From a virus, in UHGV virus genome UHGV-0246708: DNA of 46,716 nt; one strand, given 5' to 3'. The notes below the pieces were generated by a model. The model was not told the origin of the DNA and made no database searches. It was given only the letters and a program-made list of their open reading frames with translations. Below are positions 26,195-36,563 of the stretch, one piece after another. A program made the position numbers and the translations under genes. Within the stretch, counting starts at the first letter, position 1. Every line of letters starts with the position of its first letter.

Positions 26195-26796
26195 TGAAAG
26201 TTACTGAGAATAACAGGATTATTAAGCTGATTGATGAACTAAATCAGCTTAATAAATATTCTTTGCAGATAGGAATATTTGGGGAAGATGATTCTTTTAT
26301 GGCGATGTTGGCCCAAGTTCATGAATTTGGTGTGACTATTCGTCCCAAAGGTCGTTTTCTTGTTATACCACTTATGAAAAAGTATAGAGGTAAAAGCCCA
26401 CGTCAATTTGATTTGTTTTTTATGCAAACTAAAGAAAATCACAAGTTTTTAGTAAGAAATAAAGGTAAAGATCAGTTAGAATTCGCATACATGTTAGCGG
26501 AGCAAATAACTATTCCAGAACGTTCCTTTATTAGATCTACATTTGACGAGCTAGAAAAGGCTTGGTCGGATTACGCCTTAAACCTTGTGAAAAAACTTAT
26601 TGCTGGAAAAATGACAGCAGAAGAATTGACAAATAAAGTTGGTGCTCGTATGCAAAGGGATATTCAACGAACTATCAGAAATTTATCTTATCCGCCAAAC
26701 TCTCCAATAACAGTCAATAATAAGAAGTCGAGTAATCCATTAATTGATACAGGAAAATTAAGACAGTCAGTGACTTATAAGGTGGTGAAAGGTTAA
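26191..26796 (+). CDS. Head completion or head-tail joining protein.
   Basis: Gene order between the connector and the tail genes. Overlapping starts. Confidence 0.45.
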   Translation: MMKVTENNRIIKLIDELNQLNKYSLQIGIFGEDDSFMAMLAQVHEFGVTIRPKGRFLVIPLMKKYRGKSPRQFDLFFMQTKENHKFLVRNKGKDQLEFAYMLAEQITIPERSFIRSTFDELEKAWSDYALNLVKKLIAGKMTAEELTNKVGARMQRDIQRTIRNLSYPPNSPITVNNKKSSNPLIDTGKLRQSVTYKVVKG

Positions 26797-27155
26797 TGCA
26801 AAGAATGAACTTTTCTAGTCTTATAGAAACTTTTGCGGTTGACTTTCAGTTAGTGTTACCTTCAGTTGAAGGTGCTGGTAAATATATTCACGGCGAATGG
26901 TTTCCTACTAACGAAGAACCCAAAACTGTTTCTGGGGCGATTATCCCATACGACAATCGGACGATTTATCAAAGTGGCGGAACACTCACATCTAGCGACA
27001 GGCAACTTGCTTACGTTGGTTCAATTCCTTTAGGTTCTAAAATTATTGACATGGGAAAAGAGTACAAAGTAGAAAGCGAAGAGCCATATGCGGAACACTA
27101 TGCAGATGTGAACCTTTACAGATTAAAGGCGGTGACCAATAATGCCACAAATTAA
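26796..27155 (+). CDS. Head-tail adaptor protein.
   Basis: Gene order. Confidence 0.45.
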   Translation: MQRMNFSSLIETFAVDFQLVLPSVEGAGKYIHGEWFPTNEEPKTVSGAIIPYDNRTIYQSGGTLTSSDRQLAYVGSIPLGSKIIDMGKEYKVESEEPYAEHYADVNLYRLKAVTNNATN

Positions 27156-27618
27156 TGGGACTTTTAGTTATGAGCTATTAGCTGATGAGCTAATAGCAAT
27201 TGTTAAGAAATCAACTGGACTTCAGCTTATTGAAAGTAGCACAGCTGGACCTCAACCAGACAAACCATTTTTTTCCTATGAAGTCATCTCGCCGTACATT
27301 CCAGTAACGATAGATGTCACTGATAATGAAGTATTTGAATTAGTAGTGTCTATTAAATGTCACACTGATTCTAGTATTCAGGCGCTTAATTTATCAGAGC
27401 AGTTAAGAAAGCATTTAAATGGTTTTTCTGTAAAAGTAGACCTTCAAAACTCTAAAATAGCCCTAGTTTCAACAACCCAATCTAAAAAACGGGATAATTT
27501 CATTAGCGTTGATTACGAACGTCTAGCTGGTTTTGATGCTCGTTTTAGAGTTCAAGACAGTTATGTTGACAATGCGGTAATTATCGAAAATATCGAATTA
27601 CAGGAGGAAAACAAATGA
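27142..27618 (+). CDS. Tail completion protein.
   Basis: Gene order. Confidence 0.45.
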   Translation: MPQINGTFSYELLADELIAIVKKSTGLQLIESSTAGPQPDKPFFSYEVISPYIPVTIDVTDNEVFELVVSIKCHTDSSIQALNLSEQLRKHLNGFSVKVDLQNSKIALVSTTQSKKRDNFISVDYERLAGFDARFRVQDSYVDNAVIIENIELQEENK

Positions 27619-28652
27619 TTGAAAAAATTACAGATGTTAATGTGAAAATTGACATTATGCATCCACAGCCCATTGTTGGATTAGGAAATCCAGCAATTTT
27701 TGTTCAAGGATCTACTCAAAACTATAAAGAATATACAAGTTTAGAAACATTAGCAAAAGATTTTGCTACAACAACTACTGTTTATAAAAAAGCAGAAACT
27801 ATTTGGAAACAGGAAAATAAGCCACAAACTATTGCAGTAGTAACTTTTGCAGCAGATACCCCTACTAGTCCAGAACAACCAGATAGCTTAATTGCTGGAA
27901 GTGGAATTATCGCCGCAGCTACAAGTTACTTTTATAATGATTGGCATTTTGCATTATTAGCCAACTTTGTCGAGGCAGATGCTTTGGCACTATCAAATTT
28001 AATTGAAGAAAACGAATTTAAGTTTTTAGTAATTCAGACAGCTACAGTTGACGAATTAACAGTTTTTGCAGGAAACAATCTAACTATCGGCTTAGCTCAT
28101 CCTTTAGAAGAATTTTTAGATGCTGCATTAATTGGTAATACTGCAAGCTTAACAGTCGGAAGTGTTACTTGGAAATTCCGACATAATTTAGTAGGGATTA
28201 CACCTAACACATTAACTACCTCTCAACTACAAGCGATTGAGAAAGCTAATGCTATTGCTTATGTATCAAAAGCGGGAATCCCCCAAACATCAGAAGGAAA
28301 AACAATGAGTGGCGAATTTATCGATGCCCTGCATGGGGATCACTGGGTTAAATCAAACATTGAAACGAATGTTCAGCGCTTGTTATCAACGACAGATAAA
28401 TTAACTTTTGATTCTAATGGGATTGCTTTATTAGATACAACCGTTGCAAATGTTTTGGAAACTGCATTTAATAACGGAATTGTAGATATTGTAGATGAAA
28501 CTGGTGTTGGAAATTATAGTGTGACTGCTTTGGGACGTCAAGATTTAAATCCAGATGATATTGCAGCACGAAACTATAAAGGATTATCATTTAAATACAA
28601 ACGTTCTGGAGCAATTCACACTGTTGATGTTACTGGAACAATTGAAGTCTAA
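27615..28652 (+). CDS. Tail sheath-like or major tail protein (345 aa).
   Basis: Its position is equivalent to XkdK in PBSX-like modules and it is followed by a tube-sized gene. Family not verified. Confidence 0.5.
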   Translation: MIEKITDVNVKIDIMHPQPIVGLGNPAIFVQGSTQNYKEYTSLETLAKDFATTTTVYKKAETIWKQENKPQTIAVVTFAADTPTSPEQPDSLIAGSGIIAAATSYFYNDWHFALLANFVEADALALSNLIEENEFKFLVIQTATVDELTVFAGNNLTIGLAHPLEEFLDAALIGNTASLTVGSVTWKFRHNLVGITPNTLTTSQLQAIEKANAIAYVSKAGIPQTSEGKTMSGEFIDALHGDHWVKSNIETNVQRLLSTTDKLTFDSNGIALLDTTVANVLETAFNNGIVDIVDETGVGNYSVTALGRQDLNPDDIAARNYKGLSFKYKRSGAIHTVDVTGTIEV

Positions 28653-28667
28653 AGGGGGAACTAACTA

Positions 28668-29066
28668 ATGCAAAGCATGACAACTTATGATGCCAAAGAG
28701 GTATCTACTATTATTGACAATGTCGTCCAATTCGGCTTTCAAGATGGCGATATGGTATCTTTTTCAAAAGATAATTCGTATATTGAAGTACAAACAGATG
28801 CCCAAGGACAATCTAGTGCTGCGAAGAACAACGATAATTTAGGGACTTTTACAATTAACTTGTCTCAAAATTCACCATGTAACAAACAGCTGATGGCTTT
28901 AGCTAATGGTCGTAAAGAATTTGCAATTTCTGTGACACATTCAACTGAAAAAGCATGGGCATCAAAAGCCTATATTGAAAAAACACCTGATGGATCGTTT
29001 GGTAAAGGCGTTCCGACTCGTTCTTATACGATTAAAGCATTAGATTACAAACACGAATATAACTAA
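28668..29066 (+). CDS. Tail tube-like protein (132 aa, XkdM position).
   Basis: Size and position before the chaperone pair and the TMP. A terminator-like hairpin follows at 29067-29098. Confidence 0.45.
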   Translation: MQSMTTYDAKEVSTIIDNVVQFGFQDGDMVSFSKDNSYIEVQTDAQGQSSAAKNNDNLGTFTINLSQNSPCNKQLMALANGRKEFAISVTHSTEKAWASKAYIEKTPDGSFGKGVPTRSYTIKALDYKHEYN

Positions 29067-29118
29067 GCGCTTAACATCTCGTTAAGTGCTTTTTATTTAA
29101 CTTTAGGAGGAATTTATC

Positions 29119-29451
29119 ATGACGAAAAAAGATGAAGTAAAAGAATTAGAAGTGAAAAATAACATTCCAGAAGCAGAAAAAAAACCATTTAATAAGTTCG
29201 GAAAACAAGAAAAACATACTGTTGAAGATGTGGAATATACATTTCAATTCCCTGGAACACGTGCAGCTCAAGCGATTTTAGATAACTCAAAAGGACCGTC
29301 AAATACTTTTTCTGACGTTGCTTACCACTCTCAACTTATGGACTCAGTTATTGTTACACCAAAATTGAACTGGGACTATTGGGATGAACACGAAGGATAT
29401 CGTGAGGTTATGGCATTAGCCGACAACTTTCTTGGTCGAATGCTTAACTAG
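29119..29451 (+). CDS. Tail assembly chaperone (G-like).
   Basis: It lies immediately upstream of the tape measure. It is paired with an overlapping downstream ORF in a different frame. Confidence 0.65.
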   Translation: MTKKDEVKELEVKNNIPEAEKKPFNKFGKQEKHTVEDVEYTFQFPGTRAAQAILDNSKGPSNTFSDVAYHSQLMDSVIVTPKLNWDYWDEHEGYREVMALADNFLGRMLN

Positions 29452-29632
29452 CCCTAATCCGAGAATTACGGAAAGAGAAGTTCAAAAAGATATGTTTAGG
29501 TGGCTGCCTGTAATAGCAGGCATTGCCACTAAAGATGAAGTCGAAATTGCCACGGCAGAGGAGCTAGCAGTTTGGAACGAAGTAGCCTATCAAAAAATAA
29601 ATCTAACTAAATCAAGAGGAGGTGTCATCTAA
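29432..29632 (+). CDS. Frameshift extension of the tail chaperone (GT-like). It is in the +1 frame relative to 29119..29451, open from about 29420, and has no RBS of its own.
   Basis: Frame arithmetic: 29432 minus 29119 is 1 mod 3. There is no SD before the TTG. This is the classic G/GT arrangement before a TMP. Confidence 0.5.
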   Translation: MVECLTSPNPRITEREVQKDMFRWLPVIAGIATKDEVEIATAEELAVWNEVAYQKINLTKSRGGVI

Positions 29633-29634
29633 TA

Positions 29635-32600
29635 ATGGCAGATGCGTTACGTAGTTCAGTAATCGAACTCGATTGGAAAATAAATAATAGATCGTTAGAG
29701 CGTGCCAATGAAGAAACTGATAAAATTCTTGCTAAAGCTGCACGAATGGAAGGTACTTATCAAAATTCAGCAAAATCCATAGATGGCGCCACAACCTCTT
29801 TAAAAAGAAATAGTGAAGGTTTAAAACAAAATACAGATAAAGTTGTCCAGTTCGGAAATCGAGCAAAAGATTCTATGCAAAAGACAACAAACTCTGCTAA
29901 ACAAACTGAAAAACAAGTAAAAGATGTTGGAAGTCAGTTTGATAAAAGTAAAAATTCTGCAAGTGTTTTCGCTCAATCTAGTGCAACATCTCTAAAAGTA
30001 GTTGGAAAAGCTGCGAAGGGTGTACAAACAAGTATTGGTCGTATAGGTGACTACGCAACAAAAGCTTCAGATGTTACTTGGAGAGCTTTTACAAAGATAA
30101 GAAATGGTGCAATGATAGCTGGTGCAGGTATTGTAGCCATAGGTAAAAGCGCTTTTGATGCTGCTTCAGATACAAATGAAGCTCTAAATAAAGTAGAAGT
30201 AGCTTTCGGGGACAATAATAAAGAAGTGAAAAAATGGTCTAAAAATACTATTGATAGTATAGGTTTGGCACAAGGTACAGCGTTAGATTTAGCAGCTACA
30301 TATGGAGATATGTCAACGTCAATGGGTATTGGAACAAAAGAAGCGGCGAATATGTCTACTTCATTAGTTGACTTGGCAGGAGATCTTGCTTCATTTAAAA
30401 ATATAGGAATTGATCGTGTAAATACCGCATTAAATGGTGTGTTCACTGGTGAAACTGAGGCATTAAAAGGTTTGGGTATTGTTATGACTCAAACCAACTT
30501 GGAACAGTTTGCGATGGCCAGTGGAGCGTTGCAATCGTCAGTAGATAATTCTAAGGCTGCAAAGAATGCCATGGCAAGAGAAAAAGCTCAAGATCGTTTA
30601 AACAAAGCTATAAAAAAACATGGTGAAAATTCAATTGAAGCTAGAGATGCCCAGTTAAAATTAACTGAGGCAGAATCTAAAGGTGAAGAAGTCCAACAAG
30701 CGAAACTGGACTCCCTTAGTCAAGAAGAACTAGTTCGTTTGCGTTATAACTATGTAATGTCTAAGACAAAAAATGCTCATGGAGATTTCGCAAGAACAAG
30801 TGATCAAGCTGCAAATGCTTCAAGAGTTTTCAACGAATCATTAACAGAATTGAAAAGTAATATAGGTCAACACTTATTACCAATATTTACTCCATTAATA
30901 TTAAAGGCCACAAAATTTGTAAGAAAAGGAGATCAATTAAAAGAAAAAATAAATGATATAGGTCAACAAGTTGAGCCAACGGCAAAACAGGTAATGAAAC
31001 ACTTTGGACAAGCAAAAGATTATTTTGTTGATGAAATAATTCCTACAGCTAAAAAGGTAGGCAAAGCTATAGGACCTGGCATTGCAGAAGGCGCTAAAAA
31101 TATGTTTAACGTAATGGATAAAGGGTTTAAATATATTATTAAGCCAAGCATTCGTATACTCAAAGAATTTACTGATGAAAACCCTGTGGCTATGAAACAA
31201 GTTGGCAAATGGGCCACGTATGGTATTGGCGGTTTACTTGGGTTTAAGTTAGTAGGTAAACCGCTGTTGGGCGTCTCAAAGGGAATTTTAGGTATTATCG
31301 GAAAACTAGAAAAGCTTGGAAACACTGCTCAGAGAGAAGCTTTTAAAACAAGAAAGGCTTTAGAAGATGTTGATTCTGCAGCTCAAAAAGCTAGCACACC
31401 AACGCATACTACTGCTAGTCCAAATATACAGGAATCCTTACCTGTTGGATCTGTTGGCAAAATAGGAAAAGGCGCTAAACTTTTTGGCGGAGTGAGAAGG
31501 TTTGCCAAATCGGTTCCTTTATTGTCTTATATTTCTGCAGGTTTGACTTTAACTCAAATTAATAAAAATAATAAGTTTGAAAAAATTGGTGATTCGTTAG
31601 GTTCTATCGTTGGTGGAGCATTAGGCGCTAAAGCAGCAACATTAGCTGGCGCAAAATTAGGTGCCGTAGCCGGAACAACATTTGGTCCAATTGGCACTGT
31701 GATTGGAGGTATATTAGGAACAGCTGCTGGTTCGTCTTTTGGTTCAGTTTTAGGTAAAAAATTAAAAGAAAATTGGCCTGAAGTTTCTGCAATGATTGGA
31801 AAGCTTTGGGATACGTATAAAAAAGTGCCGTTTTATGGTCAAATTGCTCAAGCTGTAGAATCTGGGATTGTTCATGGTGCAAAATCTGGAAAAAGAATAA
31901 TTGAAGAAGTTAAAGAATTCTTTCAAAAGCCCTTTAATGCTAATAATGTAAAACCTGAAAAAGGTGTATCAAAGAATTCTGCAAAACGCGTTAATTCCTA
32001 CCTTAAAAATTACGATAAAATTATTAGCAAAGATACTGAAAGTAAGATTGCTGGACGTGTTCTTACTGATGAGGAAATAGCAGAAAGAAATAAAATTTTA
32101 AGCGATATGGAGAAACAAGTAACTGATCGCTTAGAAGGAAAGAAAAACAAATCTTATAAGAATATTGATAAATTATCAGAATTAGGTATTCTTAGCGATA
32201 AAGATGTTCAAAGTGCAAAAGCAGTAAGTACCGAATTAGCAACTTTCCGTAAAAGAGCATATTCAGATAATGTTAATGAATTAAAAAAATTAGAAAAAGA
32301 AGAACATGATGCTGGAATTCAAGCTGCTGAAAGATATACTGCTAGAATTAATGCTATTAAAGAAAAAGCACGTCTTGAAAATCGCGAATTATCTAAAAGT
32401 GATTTAGAAGAAATTGAATCAAATGAAAAAAGTGCTGCAGCAGCAACTCGAGTTGTACAAGAAGAGTATGCGCAAAAAAAAGCTGCTTTGAATGAAAACA
32501 TGAAAAGACAAGCTGTCGGCGCTCTTTCAGAATCTGCAAAAGAGCAAAAAATCATTATGGGTAATTTAAAAAATACATCTGGTGAGATTAGTGCACAGCA

Positions 32601-34803
32601 AGCTGCAGATATTGTTTCTGCTTCTTATAAAGCAAAAGAAGGAGCTATAAAATCTGCGAATGAAAAATATGCTGAAACTAAACGTATTTTAGATGAAGAA
32701 AGATATGTTAATGGAACAATTACTCAAGCACAATATGAAGAAGCTCTAAAAAAAGCACAGGAACAAAGAGATGGTGTAGTTTCACAAGCAGAGAAACAGC
32801 ATGAAGAAGTTGTGACTCAAGCGAAGAAACAAGCAGAAGGCCATTTAGAGCAAGTAGATTGGGAAACTGGTGAAACGTTGTCTAAATGGGATGTTTTCAA
32901 GAAAAGTTCTAAAAAGAAATTTAAAGAAATTTGGGATGGAACAGTTGAAGGAGCTAAAAGTTTTGGTAAGGCCTTTGGTGAAGCTATGGATAAAGTTGTG
33001 TCTGGAGCATTAGAAACTTGGGATAATTTTAAAACAGGACTCGCCGATAAAGTAAATGCTGTTACAGGTGGTATTAATGTCGTATTAGATTTCTTTAGTA
33101 TTCCTAAAATACCAGAATGGAAACCGAATACACCTAATTCTACTAAAAACAAGCATGGTCGCTCTTTTAGCACAGGATCTCGTGGCGCTTCATACAGCGG
33201 TCAAGCCTTAGTTGGAGAAGAAGGTGTTGAATTAGCATATAACAAGAGCACTTCCTCAATGCGTTTATTAGGATCAAATGGTCCAGAAGTTACTAATGTA
33301 ACATCGGGTGAGCGGATTTTAAACCATTCAGATACGAAAGCTGTATTAAATGGTGGTATGGGCCAAGGCACAGTATTACCAGGATTCCATAAAGGTAAAG
33401 GAAATGGGCTTTCTGATTTTGTTGATAGTGCTAAGGATTTCGGTGCAAATACTGTTGATAAATTAAAAGACTTTGGATCTAATGCAGTAGATAAAGCAAA
33501 AGAAGTAGGAACGAAAGCTATAGAAAAAACTAAAGATATAGCTGAAACGGCAAAAGATTGGCTATCAGACCCGATAGGAAAAGTGACTGGCTTATTTAAT
33601 AAGCATAACACTTATAAAAAGGGTAAAAACATCCAAGGTCTGGGACATGGAGTCATGAACAAACTAAAAGACACCAGTTCCGAGTGGGTAAAAAATAAAC
33701 TTGAGGCTTTCAAAGGATTTTTTGATTCCGAAGATGGTGGCGCTTTTGGTTCAGGGGCTTTTGCTCCACATTTTGGTTCACCATTTGTTCGCACTTCTGA
33801 TTACGGCAAGCGACCAGGTCTTTATGGTGATTTTCATACAGGAATTGATTACGCTGCTCCAATGGGAACGCCTATTCCTGCTCAACATCCTGGTTTGGTT
33901 GATTGGGTTCAATCTTCTTCCATTGGATTAGGTGAACATGTAGGTGTTAAAGTTGCTAATAACTTATGGGCAATGTACGGACATATGAGTCGAATCAGAG
34001 CTAAAAAAGGTGAACAAGTTAAAGCAGGTCAAATCGTCGGTGATGTAGGCTCTTCTGGTTGGTCAACTGGTCCTCATGTTCATTATGAACTTAGAAAAGG
34101 TGGACCAAATGGCCAACACGTAAACCCTGATACTTATGGTGGATCTGTTGGCGGTGTAGCGGTAGGGGCTGCAGGATGGGGTCCTCAAGTTAGAAAAGCT
34201 GCTAAATTAATGAATCAAGGGATAACAGATTCACAAGTGAATGGAATTTTGGCTCAAATCCAATTAGAATCTGGTGGAAATCAAAGTGCGATTCAGAGTC
34301 TATCCGTAGATGATATAAACGCAAGAACTGGTAATTTAGCAAGAGGTCTTCTGCAATACACACCAACTACTTTTGAAGGATTTAAAGTGCGTGGTTATGA
34401 AAATATTATGAATGGTTTCCATCAGTTGGTAGCTTTTTTTAATAACTCAAATTGGCAAAATGATATCCAGTATGGGCGTTCGGGTTGGACTCCCAATGGT
34501 CATAGATTAAGGGCTTATGCAAAGGGAGGCCGCCCTTCAAAAGGTGAAACAGTTTTAGTAGGAGAGAATGGACCAGAATTGTTCGAAGCAGATACAGCTG
34601 GAACTGTACATCCTCATGAAAAAACTAAAGCGCTCTTTAATCAAGGATCTCCATCTGTTAATTTTAGTCCTAATATTACTATCAACGTTGGGAATAATTC
34701 TGATAAATCTGTTGTTGGAGATATTAAAGAGGCTGTAAGACAAGCATTAGAAGATGAGTATGCAAAATTACTTAACATTCTAGGAACAGGAGAGGTTGTT
34801 TAA
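29635..34803 (+). CDS. Tail tape measure protein (1722 aa) with C-terminal M23 peptidase and lytic transglycosylase (SLT) domains.
   Basis: Long Ala/Lys/Glu-rich coiled coil and Gly-rich TM segments. M23: HTGIDYAAPMGTPI...HVHYEL. SLT: QIQLESGGNQSAIQS...GLLQYTP. Confidence 0.9.
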   Translation: MADALRSSVIELDWKINNRSLERANEETDKILAKAARMEGTYQNSAKSIDGATTSLKRNSEGLKQNTDKVVQFGNRAKDSMQKTTNSAKQTEKQVKDVGSQFDKSKNSASVFAQSSATSLKVVGKAAKGVQTSIGRIGDYATKASDVTWRAFTKIRNGAMIAGAGIVAIGKSAFDAASDTNEALNKVEVAFGDNNKEVKKWSKNTIDSIGLAQGTALDLAATYGDMSTSMGIGTKEAANMSTSLVDLAGDLASFKNIGIDRVNTALNGVFTGETEALKGLGIVMTQTNLEQFAMASGALQSSVDNSKAAKNAMAREKAQDRLNKAIKKHGENSIEARDAQLKLTEAESKGEEVQQAKLDSLSQEELVRLRYNYVMSKTKNAHGDFARTSDQAANASRVFNESLTELKSNIGQHLLPIFTPLILKATKFVRKGDQLKEKINDIGQQVEPTAKQVMKHFGQAKDYFVDEIIPTAKKVGKAIGPGIAEGAKNMFNVMDKGFKYIIKPSIRILKEFTDENPVAMKQVGKWATYGIGGLLGFKLVGKPLLGVSKGILGIIGKLEKLGNTAQREAFKTRKALEDVDSAAQKASTPTHTTASPNIQESLPVGSVGKIGKGAKLFGGVRRFAKSVPLLSYISAGLTLTQINKNNKFEKIGDSLGSIVGGALGAKAATLAGAKLGAVAGTTFGPIGTVIGGILGTAAGSSFGSVLGKKLKENWPEVSAMIGKLWDTYKKVPFYGQIAQAVESGIVHGAKSGKRIIEEVKEFFQKPFNANNVKPEKGVSKNSAKRVNSYLKNYDKIISKDTESKIAGRVLTDEEIAERNKILSDMEKQVTDRLEGKKNKSYKNIDKLSELGILSDKDVQSAKAVSTELATFRKRAYSDNVNELKKLEKEEHDAGIQAAERYTARINAIKEKARLENRELSKSDLEEIESNEKSAAAATRVVQEEYAQKKAALNENMKRQAVGALSESAKEQKIIMGNLKNTSGEISAQQAADIVSASYKAKEGAIKSANEKYAETKRILDEERYVNGTITQAQYEEALKKAQEQRDGVVSQAEKQHEEVVTQAKKQAEGHLEQVDWETGETLSKWDVFKKSSKKKFKEIWDGTVEGAKSFGKAFGEAMDKVVSGALETWDNFKTGLADKVNAVTGGINVVLDFFSIPKIPEWKPNTPNSTKNKHGRSFSTGSRGASYSGQALVGEEGVELAYNKSTSSMRLLGSNGPEVTNVTSGERILNHSDTKAVLNGGMGQGTVLPGFHKGKGNGLSDFVDSAKDFGANTVDKLKDFGSNAVDKAKEVGTKAIEKTKDIAETAKDWLSDPIGKVTGLFNKHNTYKKGKNIQGLGHGVMNKLKDTSSEWVKNKLEAFKGFFDSEDGGAFGSGAFAPHFGSPFVRTSDYGKRPGLYGDFHTGIDYAAPMGTPIPAQHPGLVDWVQSSSIGLGEHVGVKVANNLWAMYGHMSRIRAKKGEQVKAGQIVGDVGSSGWSTGPHVHYELRKGGPNGQHVNPDTYGGSVGGVAVGAAGWGPQVRKAAKLMNQGITDSQVNGILAQIQLESGGNQSAIQSLSVDDINARTGNLARGLLQYTPTTFEGFKVRGYENIMNGFHQLVAFFNNSNWQNDIQYGRSGWTPNGHRLRAYAKGGRPSKGETVLVGENGPELFEADTAGTVHPHEKTKALFNQGSPSVNFSPNITINVGNNSDKSVVGDIKEAVRQALEDEYAKLLNILGTGEVV

Positions 34804-35360
34804 TGGGATACATTCAGAGTGGTAAATCTAAAGTTGAGATTGTAAACGTCAGTGAGACTGTAACCAGTGCTGCTAATGTATCTCAATATCCTGTTGAATC
34901 AGGAGCACCAATCACTGACAATATGATGTATACAGGCGGTCCAGTCACAATTAGTGGCTGGATTCTCGCTAAAAATGGTAACGCTGCAGAGCAAGCTTAC
35001 AATACATTAGTTGCATGGCAAAAAGATGTTCGTTGGATTGTTTATCGAGGCAGATCATATTTTAAAAATGCAGTTATACAAGATATCAGTAAAGGGTATG
35101 ACACAGTGGAAAATGGTTTCACTATAACAATTACGTTACAACCCATACGTGTAGCTAAGACTATTTGGGAGAAGATTCCACAACCGCCAGTTGCAAAACA
35201 ACCTTCGAAACCAAGTAATGCGGTATATGTGACAGTTCAGCCAGGAAATACTTATTGGGGTTGGTGGCAACAATATGGTACGTCTATTCAGCAATTAAGA
35301 GATTGGAACAAGTGGCCAGATAGATTTATACCCATAGGCGCTCGTGCGCGTGTGAAATGA
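34803..35360 (+). CDS. XkdP-like tail protein with a C-terminal LysM domain.
   Basis: YVTVQPGNTYWGWWQQYGTSIQQLRDWNKW...IPIGARARV is LysM-like. Position directly after the TMP. Confidence 0.65.
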   Translation: MGYIQSGKSKVEIVNVSETVTSAANVSQYPVESGAPITDNMMYTGGPVTISGWILAKNGNAAEQAYNTLVAWQKDVRWIVYRGRSYFKNAVIQDISKGYDTVENGFTITITLQPIRVAKTIWEKIPQPPVAKQPSKPSNAVYVTVQPGNTYWGWWQQYGTSIQQLRDWNKWPDRFIPIGARARVK

Positions 35361-35369
35361 GGTGACTAA

Positions 35370-35732
35370 ATGTCTTTAAGAGCATATATTCCTATTGATA
35401 AATATTCATTACCTGAAAAATTCGAAATACCTTTAGGTAATACAAATTACATTTTTGAGGTGGACTATAATCAAACAGAAAAATTTTTTACTGTAGATCT
35501 ATATGACATAGATCATACACCGATAGCTATTGGTGAGCGTATGGTAATCGATGAAAAACTTTGGCAAGACATTGTAGATACTCGTTTACCTTCAGCAGAT
35601 TTGGTGCCGATGGATGAGTCGGGAGCTTCAAAAGAAATAACTTTTGAAAATTTTGGTATTCAGGTTTTCCTTTATATAGATGATTTACCTCCGAATTATA
35701 ATGTTCCAAGTTTGGAAAGGGAAGATAATTAA
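35370..35732 (+). CDS. Baseplate or tail protein (120 aa).
   Basis: Gene order. Confidence 0.45.
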   Translation: MSLRAYIPIDKYSLPEKFEIPLGNTNYIFEVDYNQTEKFFTVDLYDIDHTPIAIGERMVIDEKLWQDIVDTRLPSADLVPMDESGASKEITFENFGIQVFLYIDDLPPNYNVPSLEREDN

Positions 35733-36563
35733 ATGGGAAATACGCAATGGCAACGATTATTACAAATTGAAATACACGACAAGAATGGGAAGAATCGAGT
35801 TCTACTAAGAGCTGATTCAGGCAGGTTGGATCGGTTAGAAATTCACTTTACAGCACCTTTTTCTGATTCACCTAATCCATCTGAAGTGAGTGTGACAATA
35901 TACAATTTAAATAAAAAAAGTATTGATTTTATTAAGAAAGGAAATCCAGTCTATATCCACGCAGGATATGCAGGTACTTCAAATGGAGTGATTACGTCAG
36001 GAACGATAGCAGAAGTAAAACCCTCTGTTCTAAACGGAGTAGATAGAGCAACAACATTTACTTTTTTAGAAGGTAAAGATTACTCGGAACAAAAAGAAGT
36101 AAATATTACTTTTAATAATGGAACGGATGCTCATACTATTATAAATCGAGTTGCTAGGGAAGCAAATATTCCTTTGTCAGAAATTAAGTTAAAAAATAAT
36201 AAAATATATGGGTCTGGCTACACAGCTGATGGCCAAGCAATGATGGTTTTAGAAGAGATTTCCAAAGCTTGTGACACATCACTATATTTTAAAAGAGGTC
36301 AACTTGTAATTAAAAATTTTCGAGATGGAAATAAAGAGAGATACAGATTAAGTCCTGAAACGGGACTTATTAACCAACCGACAAAAGTTGAAAGTCATGA
36401 TTATACTGGTTGGTCTGTTGAGTGTCTTTTGCAACATAAAATCACTACAGGTACAGCAGTCTATATCGATTCAAAAAATGTAAAAGGAAATTTTTATGTA
36501 AAAAATGGCCAGCACTCCTATGATGGTAGTCGATTTGTTACAACGTGTGAGGTGGTAACCTAA
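35733..36563 (+). CDS. XkdQ-like baseplate hub or tail protein (276 aa).
   Basis: Gene order in a PBSX-like module. Confidence 0.5.
   Translation: MGNTQWQRLLQIEIHDKNGKNRVLLRADSGRLDRLEIHFTAPFSDSPNPSEVSVTIYNLNKKSIDFIKKGNPVYIHAGYAGTSNGVITSGTIAEVKPSVLNGVDRATTFTFLEGKDYSEQKEVNITFNNGTDAHTIINRVAREANIPLSEIKLKNNKIYGSGYTADGQAMMVLEEISKACDTSLYFKRGQLVIKNFRDGNKERYRLSPETGLINQPTKVESHDYTGWSVECLLQHKITTGTAVYIDSKNVKGNFYVKNGQHSYDGSRFVTTCEVVT

Noticed and set aside
29635-34803. Minus-strand ORFs inside the tape measure gene (30051..30446, 31020..31325, 32319..32555, 32817..33173, 33201..33611) and internal short tandem repeats
   Set aside because: They are antisense ORFs inside a well-supported 1722-aa coding frame with no RBS. 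The repeats are coding repeats of the Ala/Lys-rich TMP (for example the duplicated DFG(A/S)N(A/T)VDK(L/A)K), not CRISPR or IS features.
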